Below are positions 48,770 to 60,385 of a stretch of DNA of 64,000 nucleotides, piece after piece (within the stretch, counting starts at the first letter, position 1; each line of letters starts with the position of its first letter). A model generated the notes under the pieces. It saw only the letters and a list, made by a program, of their open reading frames with translations, was not told where the DNA came from and searched no databases. Origin of the DNA: an uncultured delta proteobacterium (GTDB taxonomy: Bacteria; Myxococcota; Myxococcia; Myxococcales; Myxococcaceae); the NCBI GenBank assembly GCA_963713045.1, contig CAVQKE010000007.1:256001-320000 (forward strand). Reading direction: 5' to 3'. A program made the position numbers and the translations under genes.

Positions 48770-50803
48770 TCAGCGCGCGTCCCGCAGCAGCCGCCGCGCG
48801 TCATCCGCCTCGGGGCCTTCCGGCTCCAGCGCCAACACCCGCGTCAACTCCGCGTTGGCCTTGGCCCGCTCACCCCGGCCGAGGTGAATGCCGGCCAACA
48901 GCAGGTGGGCGCGAGGCTCCTTGGGGTCGAGCGCGACGGCCTTCATCGCCGCCCCTTCTGCCCCGCGCGCATCCCCGGCGTCAAACCGCGCCAGGGCCAA
49001 ATACAGCCAGGCCACCGCCGAGTCCGGAGTGCCCTGCACCACTTCGTCCAGGACACGCACCGCGGCCGAGGGCAAGGCGGCGCGGTACAGGGCAATCCCC
49101 TCGGCCAGCGAATGCTGGCGCGCCCCCTCCGACGCCTCCCCTGGCGCGGCCGGCTGTGCCGGGGCCGGCACGTCCGCAGGCCCTTCGGCGCCAGCCGCCG
49201 GCACCACCGTCGCCGAGGCTGCTGCTGCCGGGGCTCCCGGTGTGGCCTCGGGCGGACCGGCTGCCGGAGGGAAGGCCGGCGCAGCGGCGACGGGTGCCAG
49301 GGGCGTCTGGGTGGGAGACGCCGGGTGTCGCGGCCACCACCAGCTGGCCAGGGCCACCAAGCCGAACAGGGCCGCTGCGGCCAGCGCCCACGTTGTCAGC
49401 GTCGCGCTCCGGCGGCGAAGCCCGGCCGCGGCCAGCGCGTCGTCCGCCCAAATTTCGTCGGCCGGTGGGCGCGGGGGCGAGGGTTGGTAGACGCGCGCCA
49501 GCGTCCTGGCAGCCGCTTCCAGGGGCGACTCCTCGGGAAGGTGCAACTCCGGAGTCTCCGCCGGTGCACTCGGCGGCCGCAGGGCACGCGGCGCCGGCGG
49601 AGGCAATTCCGTCCCCAACTCTGCCGTAGGCGGGGGGGCGGCCGCCGGGCCGGCGTGCGGCGCCACCTCCACCGACGCTGCCTCCGAAGCAGGGGCGAGT
49701 GCCAGCGACGCCCAGATGCCTGGAAGGTAGGGGGCGCGCGCCGCCTCGCGGGCCAGGGACTCTGGTAACAGCACGCCGCTGGCGTAGAGGCGGGAGGCAG
49801 CCCGCAGGGCCGCGACTTCCGGAAGCGGGGAGGCAAGAATGGCGTCACGAAGCGTCCGTTTCCCGTCAAACAGGCGCAGCAGCGTCTCGGCCTCGGTGGG
49901 AAGGGAGGGCAGGCTGGCGCGCAGCACTTCAAAGTCCGGTTGCAGCACTGCCTCCAACGGGACGCTGATTGCCACCAGCCGTTCCCACAGGGCGAGCTCG
50001 GCCCCCAGCCGTCCACACAACTCGCGCACGCCGGTGCTCAACTCGCCCCGGGCCAGCACTGGGCCCAGGTGGACGCGGTAGGCGCCACGGCCCAACGCCA
50101 GCATGCGCGTCAACCCGCGCTCACCGTCGAGCCCCTCAAAGCGGACGGACACCACCTCACCACGGCGGAACAGCAGCTGTCCGCGCGACTCCAGAAACAG
50201 CCGCCCCGAGGACGAACCGGCCAACAGCGCCCGCAGGGCCGCCAGCAGCGGCAGCACGTCGGTGTGCGAGTCCAGCGTCGCGTCCCGGGCGGCGCGCCCG
50301 GCGCGGAGCCGCACCATCGTGGCCAAGTCCGAGACGAAGAGGGGCTTCGGCACATAGTCATCCGCCCCGGCGCGTCCGGCACGCTCCAGGTCGGCGGAGG
50401 AGGGCTGCGCCGCCAGCAGCAGCACCGGCACCTCTCGCAGGCGGGGGTGGGCACGGAGCCGCTGGCACAGCGCAACGCCGTCCATGCCGCCCAGGCCCAC
50501 CTCAGCCACCACCATCCCCGGCACCACCAAGCCCTCAGCCAGGTTGCGCTCTGCGTCCTCGGCAGTTGCCAAGGCGGCCACCTGGAAGCCCTCCCGCACC
50601 AGGCCGAGCTGCAGCAGGCCCCTCGCCCCCGCATCCGGCTCCACCAACAGGACGCGGCGCACGTCCACCGGCCGGTCGCCCAGCGTCTGGCTGTCCAGCG
50701 GGGAGGCGCGCGGGCGGGGCGCCCCCGCCTCCGCCTCAGCGGGGTCGCGCTCTGGCGCTGTCGAACCCAGCGACATGGACGTCCCTTTCGCGGGGGCTGT
50801 CAT
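48770..50803 (-). CDS. Membrane-anchored pseudo-receiver / DUF4388(PATAN)-like / TPR protein
   Basis: REC fold (LLVEPD...VAEVGLGGMDG...GADDYVPKP); SSGRL.L...G.L.FR.GEV PATAN-like segment; TM helix WALAAAALFGLVALASWWW; C-terminal TPRs. Confidence 0.85.
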   Translation of the reverse strand: MTAPAKGTSMSLGSTAPERDPAEAEAGAPRPRASPLDSQTLGDRPVDVRRVLLVEPDAGARGLLQLGLVREGFQVAALATAEDAERNLAEGLVVPGMVVAEVGLGGMDGVALCQRLRAHPRLREVPVLLLAAQPSSADLERAGRAGADDYVPKPLFVSDLATMVRLRAGRAARDATLDSHTDVLPLLAALRALLAGSSSGRLFLESRGQLLFRRGEVVSVRFEGLDGERGLTRMLALGRGAYRVHLGPVLARGELSTGVRELCGRLGAELALWERLVAISVPLEAVLQPDFEVLRASLPSLPTEAETLLRLFDGKRTLRDAILASPLPEVAALRAASRLYASGVLLPESLAREAARAPYLPGIWASLALAPASEAASVEVAPHAGPAAAPPPTAELGTELPPPAPRALRPPSAPAETPELHLPEESPLEAAARTLARVYQPSPPRPPADEIWADDALAAAGLRRRSATLTTWALAAAALFGLVALASWWWPRHPASPTQTPLAPVAAAPAFPPAAGPPEATPGAPAAAASATVVPAAGAEGPADVPAPAQPAAPGEASEGARQHSLAEGIALYRAALPSAAVRVLDEVVQGTPDSAVAWLYLALARFDAGDARGAEGAAMKAVALDPKEPRAHLLLAGIHLGRGERAKANAELTRVLALEPEGPEADDARRLLRDAR

Positions 50804-50867
50804 ACACGGGGCGCCCGGGGGCCGGCGATGGGTCGCCGGGGACCGCTGGCAAACAGGGGAAACGCCG

Positions 50868-52265
50868 TTACTGGACGCGCCGCATCTGCTCGAGAAATTC
50901 CTCCGGGCCGAGGAAGCCCGTCACCCGCGGGTTCGCCAGAATCTCTCCGCCCGAGGAGACAAAGGCCACCGTAGGCAGCCCCTCAATGCCAAAGCGCTGG
51001 TACAGCGCGTCGAGCGCGTCCTGGCCATTGGTGCCGTCCACCTTAATCCGGACGAAGCGCTGGGCCTCCGAAACGACTTTCGGGGCGACGTAGGTGGCCC
51101 GGTCCAACTCTTTGCACGCCGCGCACCACTCGGCGAAGAAGTCAATCATCACCGGCTTGCCGGAGGCCCGCGCCGACGCCAGGGCCTGGTCCACTGGCGA
51201 GGGCGCGGCCGGCTGTCCGGCCCATGTCAGCTCCCAGCGCATGACGGTGTCTGAGGCGCGCGGTGCGTCCGCCGTGCCGGCGCGCAACAGAAGGCCGAGG
51301 CACAACAGGGCCACGCCGCCCCCTTTGAGGAGTGCCTGCAGCGGCCCTGCCCCGAAGCTGCGGTTCAGCGCACCCAACAGGACGCCGGCGGCGGCCAGCG
51401 CCGCGGCCACCGCCGTGCCCGGAAGCCGTCCCAGGCGACTGGCCGCTGCCTGCACCGCCTCGCGCAGCGCCGGAAAGGCGTCCTTCAGGTAGCTGACAGC
51501 GAGGAAGACCAGAAGCACGCCGAGGAGACTTTTGACCCAGTCCATCCACACCCCGCCCCGAGGGAGCTGCACGGCGAAGACTCCAATCAGGAAGAAGGGC
51601 ACACCAATCCCCAGTGCGTAGACGAAGAGAAGGCCCGCGCCGAGGGCGCTGTCCTGGGACTTGGCAACGAAGGCCAGAAGGCCGGTCAGCACCGGGCCGG
51701 TGCAGGGGGCGGCGAGAAAGCCGGCGACGCTGCCCATGAGAAGGGCGCCCAACAGGCCCGCCCCACCCACGGTGGACAGCCGCTGCATCAGCTGGGGGGG
51801 AAGCGTCAACTCAAAGGCACCAAACATGCTCGCCGCAAGAAGGAGCAGTAGCGCCGCCAGCGCCAGCACCACCACCGGCTTGCCGAGGACGGCTCCAAAG
51901 GCCGCACCGGTCCGGGCGGCGGCCACGCCCAGCGCGGAGAAGACGAGTCCCATGCCCACCACATAGGCCGTGGTCAGCCCCAGGGCTCGGGCCCGGCTGG
52001 TGTTGCCGCGGGCCCCGAAGACGCTGACGGTGATGGGGATGAGTGGGTAGACGCACGGGGTGAGGGCCGTCAGTAGGCCTCCCAGGAAGACCGCGACGGC
52101 ACCGGAGGCGAAGCGGCCCGCGCCTAGGTACCCGGTCGCGTCCAGCCCGCTCGTCGGACCCGCGGGGACAAGCAGCGGCAGGAAGCTGATGGCCAGCGCC
52201 GCCACCAGCGCCCAGGCAAATAGGCCAGCAAGCGGCTTGGAAGAAGTGGTGGTCGTCGCATCCAT
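50868..52265 (-). CDS. dsbD: Thiol:disulfide interchange protein, DsbD-like (CcdA TM domain plus thioredoxin)
   Basis: LTPCVYPLIPIT, AAPCTGP, DFFAEWCAACK and GLPT motifs. Confidence 0.9.
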   Translation of the reverse strand: MDATTTTSSKPLAGLFAWALVAALAISFLPLLVPAGPTSGLDATGYLGAGRFASGAVAVFLGGLLTALTPCVYPLIPITVSVFGARGNTSRARALGLTTAYVVGMGLVFSALGVAAARTGAAFGAVLGKPVVVLALAALLLLLAASMFGAFELTLPPQLMQRLSTVGGAGLLGALLMGSVAGFLAAPCTGPVLTGLLAFVAKSQDSALGAGLLFVYALGIGVPFFLIGVFAVQLPRGGVWMDWVKSLLGVLLVFLAVSYLKDAFPALREAVQAAASRLGRLPGTAVAAALAAAGVLLGALNRSFGAGPLQALLKGGGVALLCLGLLLRAGTADAPRASDTVMRWELTWAGQPAAPSPVDQALASARASGKPVMIDFFAEWCAACKELDRATYVAPKVVSEAQRFVRIKVDGTNGQDALDALYQRFGIEGLPTVAFVSSGGEILANPRVTGFLGPEEFLEQMRRVQ

Positions 52266-52365
52266 GAATGTAGTGTTGCCGGAGCCCCTGAAGCGGCGAG
52301 GAGACGCCCTGCAAGTGAAGGCAGTTACCCCATTTATTGCGCAAAGCGCACGGGGGCAGCCGCCC

Positions 52366-52413
52366 TTGCCACAGGGGGGGTCATCGTTATAATGGACTAG
52401 TTAAGTCCACATT
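52366..52413 (+). promoter_or_regulatory. Sigma70 promoter of the isc operon with an overlapping IscR/Rrf2-type operator
   Basis: TTGCCA (52366)-N16-TATAAT (52388); dyad TGGACT-N5-AGTCCA at 52393-52409 matches the GACT-N5-AGTC core of IscR type-1 sites. Confidence 0.8.
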
Positions 52414-52421
52414 CGACGACC

Positions 52422-53786
52422 ATGCTCAAGCTACCGATTTACATGGACAATCACGCCACCACCCCGCTGGACCCGCGGGTGCTGGAAGCGATGATGCCCT
52501 ACCTCCGCGAGGACTTCGGCAACGCGGCTTCGCGCAACCATGTCTTCGGCTGGAAGGCCGAGGCAGCGGTTGAGCAGGCGCGCGCCCAGGTGGCGGCGTT
52601 GCTGGGCGCCAACGAGAAGGAGATTGTCTTCACCAGTGGTGCGACCGAATCGGACAACCTCGCCCTCAAGGGGGTGCTGGAGTTCTACCGGGACAAGGGC
52701 GACCACCTCATTACGCTCAAGACCGAGCACAAGGCCATCCTCGACAGCGCCAAGCGTCTGGAGCGAATGCGGCAGGACCGAGTTGAGGAGCTGCGCCTGC
52801 TGCGCTTGGCGGAGTTGGCCGCTGAGGATGTGACGGCCGAAAACGTCGACGCCCTCGCCCTGAAATTCAACCTCGAAGAGGACCCGGTCCTCCGCCGGTG
52901 GATGGCCCAGCTGCGTACCGGGGCCCGCGTCACCTACCTGGACGTGCAACGGGATGGGCTGGTGAACCTCGACGCGCTGCGCGCCGCCATCACCGAGCGC
53001 ACCGTGCTGGTGAGCATCATGCTTGCGAACAACGAAGTGGGCGTCGTCCAGCCGATGGAGGCCATTGGCCGGCTGTGCCGCGAGAAGGGTGTGCTGTTCC
53101 ACACCGACGCAGTGCAAGGCGTGGGCAAGGTGCCCTTCGACGTCAACCGAATGAACGTGGACCTGGCCTCGGTGACGGCCCACAAGATTTATGGGCCCAA
53201 GGGGATTGGCGCGCTCTACATCCGCCGCAAGCCCCGGGTGCGCATCGCCCCGTTGATTGACGGCGGGGGCCATGAACGCGGGATGCGCTCCGGCACCCTC
53301 AACGTGGCAGCCATCGTGGGCTTCGGCAAGGCGGCCGAGCTGGCACGCCAGGAAATGGAGTCCGAGAGCCAGCGCTTGCTCGCGCTGCGCGAGCGGCTCC
53401 GTGCCAAGCTGACATCCGAGCTGGACATGGTGACTGTCAACGGCACCCTCGAGCACCGATTGCCGGGAAACCTCAACGTCTCCTTCTCCTGTGTCGAGGG
53501 CGAAGCGCTGATGATGGCGATTAAGGACGTGGCGGTGAGCTCCGGCTCGGCCTGCACCTCGGCCTCGCTCGAACCCTCCTACGTGCTGCGGGCCCTCGGT
53601 GTGGAAGAGGACATGGCCCACTCCTCCATCCGCTTTGGCATTGGCCGCTTCAACACGGTCGAGGAAGTGGACTACGTGGCCAGCTTGGTCATCGACAAAG
53701 TGAAGAAGCTTCGAGAGATGAGCCCCTTGTACGAGATGGCGCGGGATGGGGTGGACTTGAAGTCTGTGCAATGGGCAGCGCATTAG
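52422..53786 (+). CDS. iscS: Cysteine desulfurase IscS with a ~50-aa insertion
   Basis: [32 protein letters not shown] and SSGSACTS motifs; C-terminal WAAH. Confidence 0.97.
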   Translation: MLKLPIYMDNHATTPLDPRVLEAMMPYLREDFGNAASRNHVFGWKAEAAVEQARAQVAALLGANEKEIVFTSGATESDNLALKGVLEFYRDKGDHLITLKTEHKAILDSAKRLERMRQDRVEELRLLRLAELAAEDVTAENVDALALKFNLEEDPVLRRWMAQLRTGARVTYLDVQRDGLVNLDALRAAITERTVLVSIMLANNEVGVVQPMEAIGRLCREKGVLFHTDAVQGVGKVPFDVNRMNVDLASVTAHKIYGPKGIGALYIRRKPRVRIAPLIDGGGHERGMRSGTLNVAAIVGFGKAAELARQEMESESQRLLALRERLRAKLTSELDMVTVNGTLEHRLPGNLNVSFSCVEGEALMMAIKDVAVSSGSACTSASLEPSYVLRALGVEEDMAHSSIRFGIGRFNTVEEVDYVASLVIDKVKKLREMSPLYEMARDGVDLKSVQWAAH

Positions 53787-53800
53787 AAGGAGAACCAGAC

Positions 53801-54232
53801 ATGGCCTACAGCGACAAGGTCATTGACCACTACGAAAACCCCCGCAACGTCGGGACGCTGGACAAAGAAGACCCCAACGTGGGGACGGGCCTGGTCGGGG
53901 CACCGGCCTGTGGAGATGTGATGCGCCTGCAGCTGAAAATCTCGGATGACGGCATCATCCAGGACGCGAAGTTCAAGACGTTCGGCTGCGGCTCGGCCAT
54001 CGCCAGCAGTTCGCTTGTCACCGAATGGGTGAAGGGCAAGTCGGTCGACGACGCCACCCGCATCACCAACCGGGACATCGCCCAGGAGCTGGCGCTTCCG
54101 CCGGTGAAAATTCACTGTTCGGTATTGGCCGAGGACGCCATCAAGGCCGCGGTGGAGGACTTCAAGCGCAAGCGCGCGGCCCGGACCGTCCCGGCCAAGG
54201 CCGCCGAGACGTCCGAAGCCCACGCCCGCTAA
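53801..54232 (+). CDS. iscU: Fe-S scaffold IscU
   Basis: YSDKVIDHYENPRNVG, APACGDVM, FGCGSAIAS, LPPVKIHCS; AGAAGGAG RBS. Confidence 0.98.
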   Translation: MAYSDKVIDHYENPRNVGTLDKEDPNVGTGLVGAPACGDVMRLQLKISDDGIIQDAKFKTFGCGSAIASSSLVTEWVKGKSVDDATRITNRDIAQELALPPVKIHCSVLAEDAIKAAVEDFKRKRAARTVPAKAAETSEAHAR

Positions 54233-54237
54233 CGACC

Positions 54238-54630
54238 GTGAATGCCGCCGCACCACAAACGCCGGTGACAGCCGCCGCGGCGAGCCCCGTCAAGCCCGCG
54301 GGGAAGACGTTCGGCATCAGCGCTTCTGCCGCATCGCGCATCCAGACGCTGCGCCAGGAAAGGCAGACGCCAGAGGCCGGCCTGCGCGTCGCAGTCCGAG
54401 GCGGAGGCTGCTCGGGCCTGACGTACGCCATCGAGTGGGCCGAGGCGCCGCGGGAGCGAGACAAAATATTCGAGCGCGACGGGGTCCGCGTCTTCGTCGA
54501 CCCGAAGAGTTACCTTTATCTCCTGGGCTCCGAGCTGAACTACGAGGAGACGCTGATGGCCTCGGGCTTCCGCCTGCAAAACCCCCAGGTGAAGACCGCC
54601 TGCGGCTGCGGAGAGAGCTTCTCCATCTGA
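54238..54630 (+). CDS. iscA: Fe-S assembly A-type carrier IscA/HesB
   Basis: GGGCSG, VDPKS..YL.G and NP....CGCGESF motifs; GTG start at 54238. Confidence 0.95.
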   Translation: MNAAAPQTPVTAAAASPVKPAGKTFGISASAASRIQTLRQERQTPEAGLRVAVRGGGCSGLTYAIEWAEAPRERDKIFERDGVRVFVDPKSYLYLLGSELNYEETLMASGFRLQNPQVKTACGCGESFSI

Positions 54631-54720
54631 CGGACGCGGCCGGAGGCGCCCCTGGGCGGGCCCTCTGGCCACCCCCACCCGGGCCCCCCCCGGGCCCCCC
54701 TGAAAGGAAGGACGCCCGCC

Positions 54721-55352
54721 TTGCAGTGCTGGAACTGCCACAGCGAAATCACCCCAAGCGCCCTCCTCTGCTCGCGCTGTGGAAAGGTTTTGCCGCCGCC
54801 GGCCGGCCGGACGTTGTTCGACGCCTTTGGCCTCAAGCCCTCGGTGGACGTGGACGTCCCGTCTCTGGAGCAAGCTTACCGAGAGCGCTCGCTGCAGGTG
54901 CACCCGGACCGCTTCGGCACCGCACAGGCGCGCGAGCGCCGCTTTGCTCTGGAGCAGAGCACCCTTCTCAACGACGCCTACCGCACCTTGAAGGACCGCT
55001 CGGCCCGCGCCTTCTACCTGCTGAAGCTGCACGGGCTGGACCTCTCCCGCGAGGACGCCGGGACGCAGAAGGACTTGCCGCTCAGCTTCCTCGAGGAAGT
55101 GATGCAGTTGCGCGAGGCGCTGGACAGCCACCGTCAACGCGGCTCGCTGGACGCGGCGCTCGACATGGCGGAAGGCGTCTCAGAGCGGCGGCTGGCGGCG
55201 CTGGCCGAGGCCGAAACCGCGCTGCGGCAGCTGCTCCAGCACCCGGAGGACGTCACCGCCCGCGCCCAAGCCGGCCACGCGCTGGCCCAGGTGCGCTACT
55301 TCACGCGCTTCCTTGAGGAGGTCGAGGCGATGCACGAGGAGGCGCTGGAAGG

Positions 55353-55356
<4 letters not shown>
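54721..55356 (+). CDS. hscB: Co-chaperone HscB with N-terminal tetracysteine domain
   Basis: CWNC..CSRC; J-domain HPD; LN.AY.TL.D...RA.YLL. Confidence 0.95.
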
Positions 55357-57197
<1,841 letters not shown>

Positions 57198-57198
57198 C

Positions 57199-57582
57199 AT
57201 GGCCAAGGTGAGCTTCAAGAGTCCTCTCGACGACGTCTCGGTCGAGGTGGAGCCCGGCACCTCCCTCTTGGAGGCGGCGGAGAAATGCGGAGCCCACGTC
57301 GGCCATTCCTGTGGCGGCGTGTGTGCCTGCTCGACCTGTCATGTCTGGGTGAGGCGTGGGCTGGAGAGCCTGTCCGAGGAGGAGGACGCGGAGATGGACC
57401 GCATTGACCAGGCCTTCGACGTGCGGGCCTTTTCGAGGCTGGGCTGCCAAGCGCTGGTGGACTCCGAGGACGTGGACGTCGAGATTACCGAGGAGTCGCT
57501 CAGCGCCTACCTCGATGAGAACCCGGCGCTACGCCGGTCTCTCGAAGCCGAAGGAAAGTGGCCCCTCAAGAAGGCGCGCTAA
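57199..57582 (+). CDS. fdx: ISC-type 2Fe-2S ferredoxin
   Basis: HSCGGVCACSTCHV and SRLGCQ motifs. Confidence 0.95.
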   Translation: MAKVSFKSPLDDVSVEVEPGTSLLEAAEKCGAHVGHSCGGVCACSTCHVWVRRGLESLSEEEDAEMDRIDQAFDVRAFSRLGCQALVDSEDVDVEITEESLSAYLDENPALRRSLEAEGKWPLKKAR

Positions 57583-57681
57583 ACCGGACGGAAGCGGGGC
57601 AGCCAGTGGGAAATTGTTGTCCCAGAAGTGGCATCAGAGCATTGTCCGGCGCGCAGCATACTTCGCTACGGGAGAGTCCCC

Positions 57682-58125
57682 ATGAAACGCACTCTGAGCG
57701 CTGTCCTTCTGTCGTTCTTCGTCGCCTCGCAAGCGTTGGCCCAGGCAAGCACCGCCCCGGCCCCCGCTGCGGCACCGGCACCGGCACCGGCACCGACGCC
57801 ACCGGTCGCCGGAACGGTGCTCCTCGGTGTCACCGTCACCGAGTCCATCGCCGTCGCCCACGGCTACCGGGCTTCGAAGGTCATCGGCGCGACGGTGTAC
57901 AACGACAAGAGCCAGAAGGTCGGCAAAATCGGTGACCTCATCATCAGGCCCGACGGGACGCTGTCTTACGCCATCGTCGATGTCGGCGGCTTCTTGGGCA
58001 TGGGGGTTCACCAGGTGGCCATCCCGGTGAACCAATTCAAGGCCGTGAAGCCGAAAATCATTCTCCCCGGCGCCACCAAGGACGCCCTCAAAGCCCTACC
58101 GGAGTTCCGTTTCGAGAAGAACTGA
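57682..58125 (+). CDS. Secreted PRC-barrel domain protein
   Basis: Signal peptide; Ala-Pro linker encoded by (GGCACC)4; RASKVIGATVYN...KVG.I.D, VDVGGFLGMG...VAIP. Confidence 0.9.
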   Translation: MKRTLSAVLLSFFVASQALAQASTAPAPAAAPAPAPAPTPPVAGTVLLGVTVTESIAVAHGYRASKVIGATVYNDKSQKVGKIGDLIIRPDGTLSYAIVDVGGFLGMGVHQVAIPVNQFKAVKPKIILPGATKDALKALPEFRFEKN

Positions 58126-58479
58126 GGCTCCGGGAGCGGTCGGCTTCCCGCCCGGTCGTCCGGGCGGCGGGAAATAGCAGGGGCGTCCCCGGACGCCACT
58201 GGGCGGTCCGGGTGAAGCTGCTGCCGACAGCGCTGGCCGCGGCCCTCAAAGGCTTACCCACCCATCGGTCCGCCACCTCCGGCGCCTCCGCCGCTGGTGC
58301 CGCCCACTGGGCCGGTGCCGGGGCCACCGCCGGGCGCCACTCCGCCGTCGGGCAGAAGCTGCGTGGCGTAAACCCGTCAATGCCCAAGACACCGCCCACT
58401 TCCATCCGTTGCCGAATGGCGTGCCGGACCGACAGGGTTTCGTGACATCCTCGCTTTGTGTGGGCAGGAGGTGTGACGC

Positions 58480-59679
58480 ATGCCGCGCAGCACCCGAAAG
58501 CCACCGAAGCGAGGGAAAGCCGGTCACAGTGCCGCAAAACGCCCGCGGCGCTCGCCTCGCGTGCTGGTGCTGGTCGCAACGCGAAAGGGCGCGTGGCTGT
58601 ATCACGGCGACACGGCCCGAAAGACTTGGCGGGTTGATGGGCCGCACTTTCTCGGCCACATCGTCAACCACCTGGTGCTTGACTCCCGCGACAAGCAGAC
58701 CCTGCTGGCAGCCGCGAAGACGGGGCATCTCGGGCCGACGGTATTTCGGTCGACAGATTTCGGACGGAGCTGGACCGAAGCGGCGCGGCCCCCTGCGTTT
58801 GAAAAAGCAGCGGCCGGACAGAAGGGACGGGTTGTCGATCACACGTTTTGGCTCACCCCGTGCCACGACAATCAGCCTGGCGCCTGGTACGCCGGAACCT
58901 CTCCCCAGGGACTGTTTCGTTCGCATGACGGGGGGGTTGCTTGGGAGCCGCTGCCAGGGCTGAACGACAATCCGCGCTACCGGGAGTGGATGGGCGGCGA
59001 ACAGGACGGAACGCCCGATGGTCCGAAGCTGCACTCGGTCATCGTCGACCCCCGGGACCCGGCGCACCTCTACATCGCCATGTCGAGCGGAGGAGTGCAC
59101 GAGTCGGTGGATGCGGGCCGTAGCTGGGCCCCCCTCGTCCAAGGGCTGGAAGTCGTTGAAAACCTGGACCCAGCAAACATTCGCTTCCACGACCCGCACT
59201 GCGTTCGACTCGCTGCGAGCAACCCGAATCGGCTTTACCAACAGAACCACTGCGGCATTTACCGACTCGATCGGCCATCGAAGCAGTGGACGCGCATTGG
59301 ACGGAGCATGCCGCGGCGAATCGGCGACATCGGCTTTCCGATGGTGGTCCACCCACGAGACGCAGACACCGCCTGGGTGTTTCCAATGGATGGAACAGCC
59401 GTTTGGCCCCGGACCAGCCCAGACGGAGTCCCGGCGGTGTATGTGACGCGGAACGGGGGTGAGGGTTGGCGCCCGCTCAACTCCGGCCTGCCGAAGCGCC
59501 ACGCTTGGTGGACGGTGAAGCGACAGGCGATGACTTCAGACACTGCGGACCCGGTCGGGCTGTACTTCGGGACGACCAGTGGAGAGCTCTGGATGAGCCG
59601 CAATGAAGGCCGCCAGTGGCAGTGTCTGGCTCGGAACCTCCCTGAAATCTACGCGGTGGAGGCGGCCGAAACGCAGTGA
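58480..59679 (+). CDS. Cytoplasmic BNR/Asp-box (sialidase/YVTN-like) beta-propeller protein
   Basis: Repeated S.D.G.(S/T)W Asp boxes (STDFGRSW, SHDGGVAW, SVDAGRSW, TRNGGEGW, SRNEGRQW); HDPHC and QQNHCG motifs; no signal peptide; AGGAGG RBS. Confidence 0.9.
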   Translation: MPRSTRKPPKRGKAGHSAAKRPRRSPRVLVLVATRKGAWLYHGDTARKTWRVDGPHFLGHIVNHLVLDSRDKQTLLAAAKTGHLGPTVFRSTDFGRSWTEAARPPAFEKAAAGQKGRVVDHTFWLTPCHDNQPGAWYAGTSPQGLFRSHDGGVAWEPLPGLNDNPRYREWMGGEQDGTPDGPKLHSVIVDPRDPAHLYIAMSSGGVHESVDAGRSWAPLVQGLEVVENLDPANIRFHDPHCVRLAASNPNRLYQQNHCGIYRLDRPSKQWTRIGRSMPRRIGDIGFPMVVHPRDADTAWVFPMDGTAVWPRTSPDGVPAVYVTRNGGEGWRPLNSGLPKRHAWWTVKRQAMTSDTADPVGLYFGTTSGELWMSRNEGRQWQCLARNLPEIYAVEAAETQ

Positions 59680-59728
59680 AACCAGCGACCCGTCACGAGA
59701 CGCGTTCAGTCGAGTGGAGCTTCAGCCG

Positions 59729-59986
59729 ATGAAAGTGGTGATTCCCAGCCCTTTGCTCTCCTACACCAATGCTCGCGAGGTCGAAGCGACCGGCGCCACC
59801 CTGACCGAATTGCTTGCTGACCTTGAGCGTCGCTACCCAGGCCTGCGATTCCGGCTGGTCGACGAGCAAGAGAGAATGCGCCCGCACATGCGCTGTTTCG
59901 TCAACGGTCAGCAGGTGTTCGACTTGACGCGTGCGCTCCTCCCCACCGATGCCGTCCAGATTGTTCAGGCTTTAAGCGGCGGGTAG
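59729..59986 (+). CDS. MoaD/ThiS ubiquitin-like protein
   Basis: 85-aa beta-grasp pattern V.IP.PL..YT...T..ELL..L..RYPG...FVNG; ends QALSGG. Confidence 0.92.
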   Translation: MKVVIPSPLLSYTNAREVEATGATLTELLADLERRYPGLRFRLVDEQERMRPHMRCFVNGQQVFDLTRALLPTDAVQIVQALSGG

Positions 59987-60090
59987 GCCCACTCCTTCCT
60001 TCACCGAAGGGCTTGGTCTTTCTTTCCCCAAGTCTCTTCCGGTCTTGGACCATTGGTCCATCGGCGCCCAAACGGGCTTCGCGATGAAAG

Positions 60091-60385
60091 TTCAATCTTC
60101 TCATCGCCCAAGGCGATGCCGAGGTCGAGAAACTGGTCAAGGGCATCAAGGCTTCCCGTGCCTGGAAAGACGGCCGGAACGTCATTGTGGTGACCTGGGA
60201 CGAGAACGACTATTCGAATGCGGCCAATCGCGTATGCGCCGAACGGCCGAGTGGTCGTCACCCCATACGACCACTACTCGCTGCTCCGGACGATGGAGGC
60301 TGGCTTCGGCCTCCCCCTGCGTGAACCAGGCGGCGACCAGACGTCCAAAGTGATGAACGAAATGTTTGGCAGCTGCGACGAGTAG
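60091..60385 (+). pseudogene. C-terminal remnant of a phosphoesterase (acid phosphatase/phospholipase C) family gene
   Basis: GDAEVEKLV..I..S.AW...VIVVTWDEND, then frameshift to PYDHYSLLRTMEAGFGLP; no 5' part. Confidence 0.7.

Noticed and set aside
57771..57794. (GGCACC)4 microsatellite
   Set aside because: Ordinary Ala-Pro linker coding; in frame, so not a phase-variation switch.
58254..58372. Minus-strand Gly-rich frame YATQLLPDGGVAPGGGPG...MGG*
   Set aside because: Preceded by an in-frame stop with no start; at most a gene-tail remnant.
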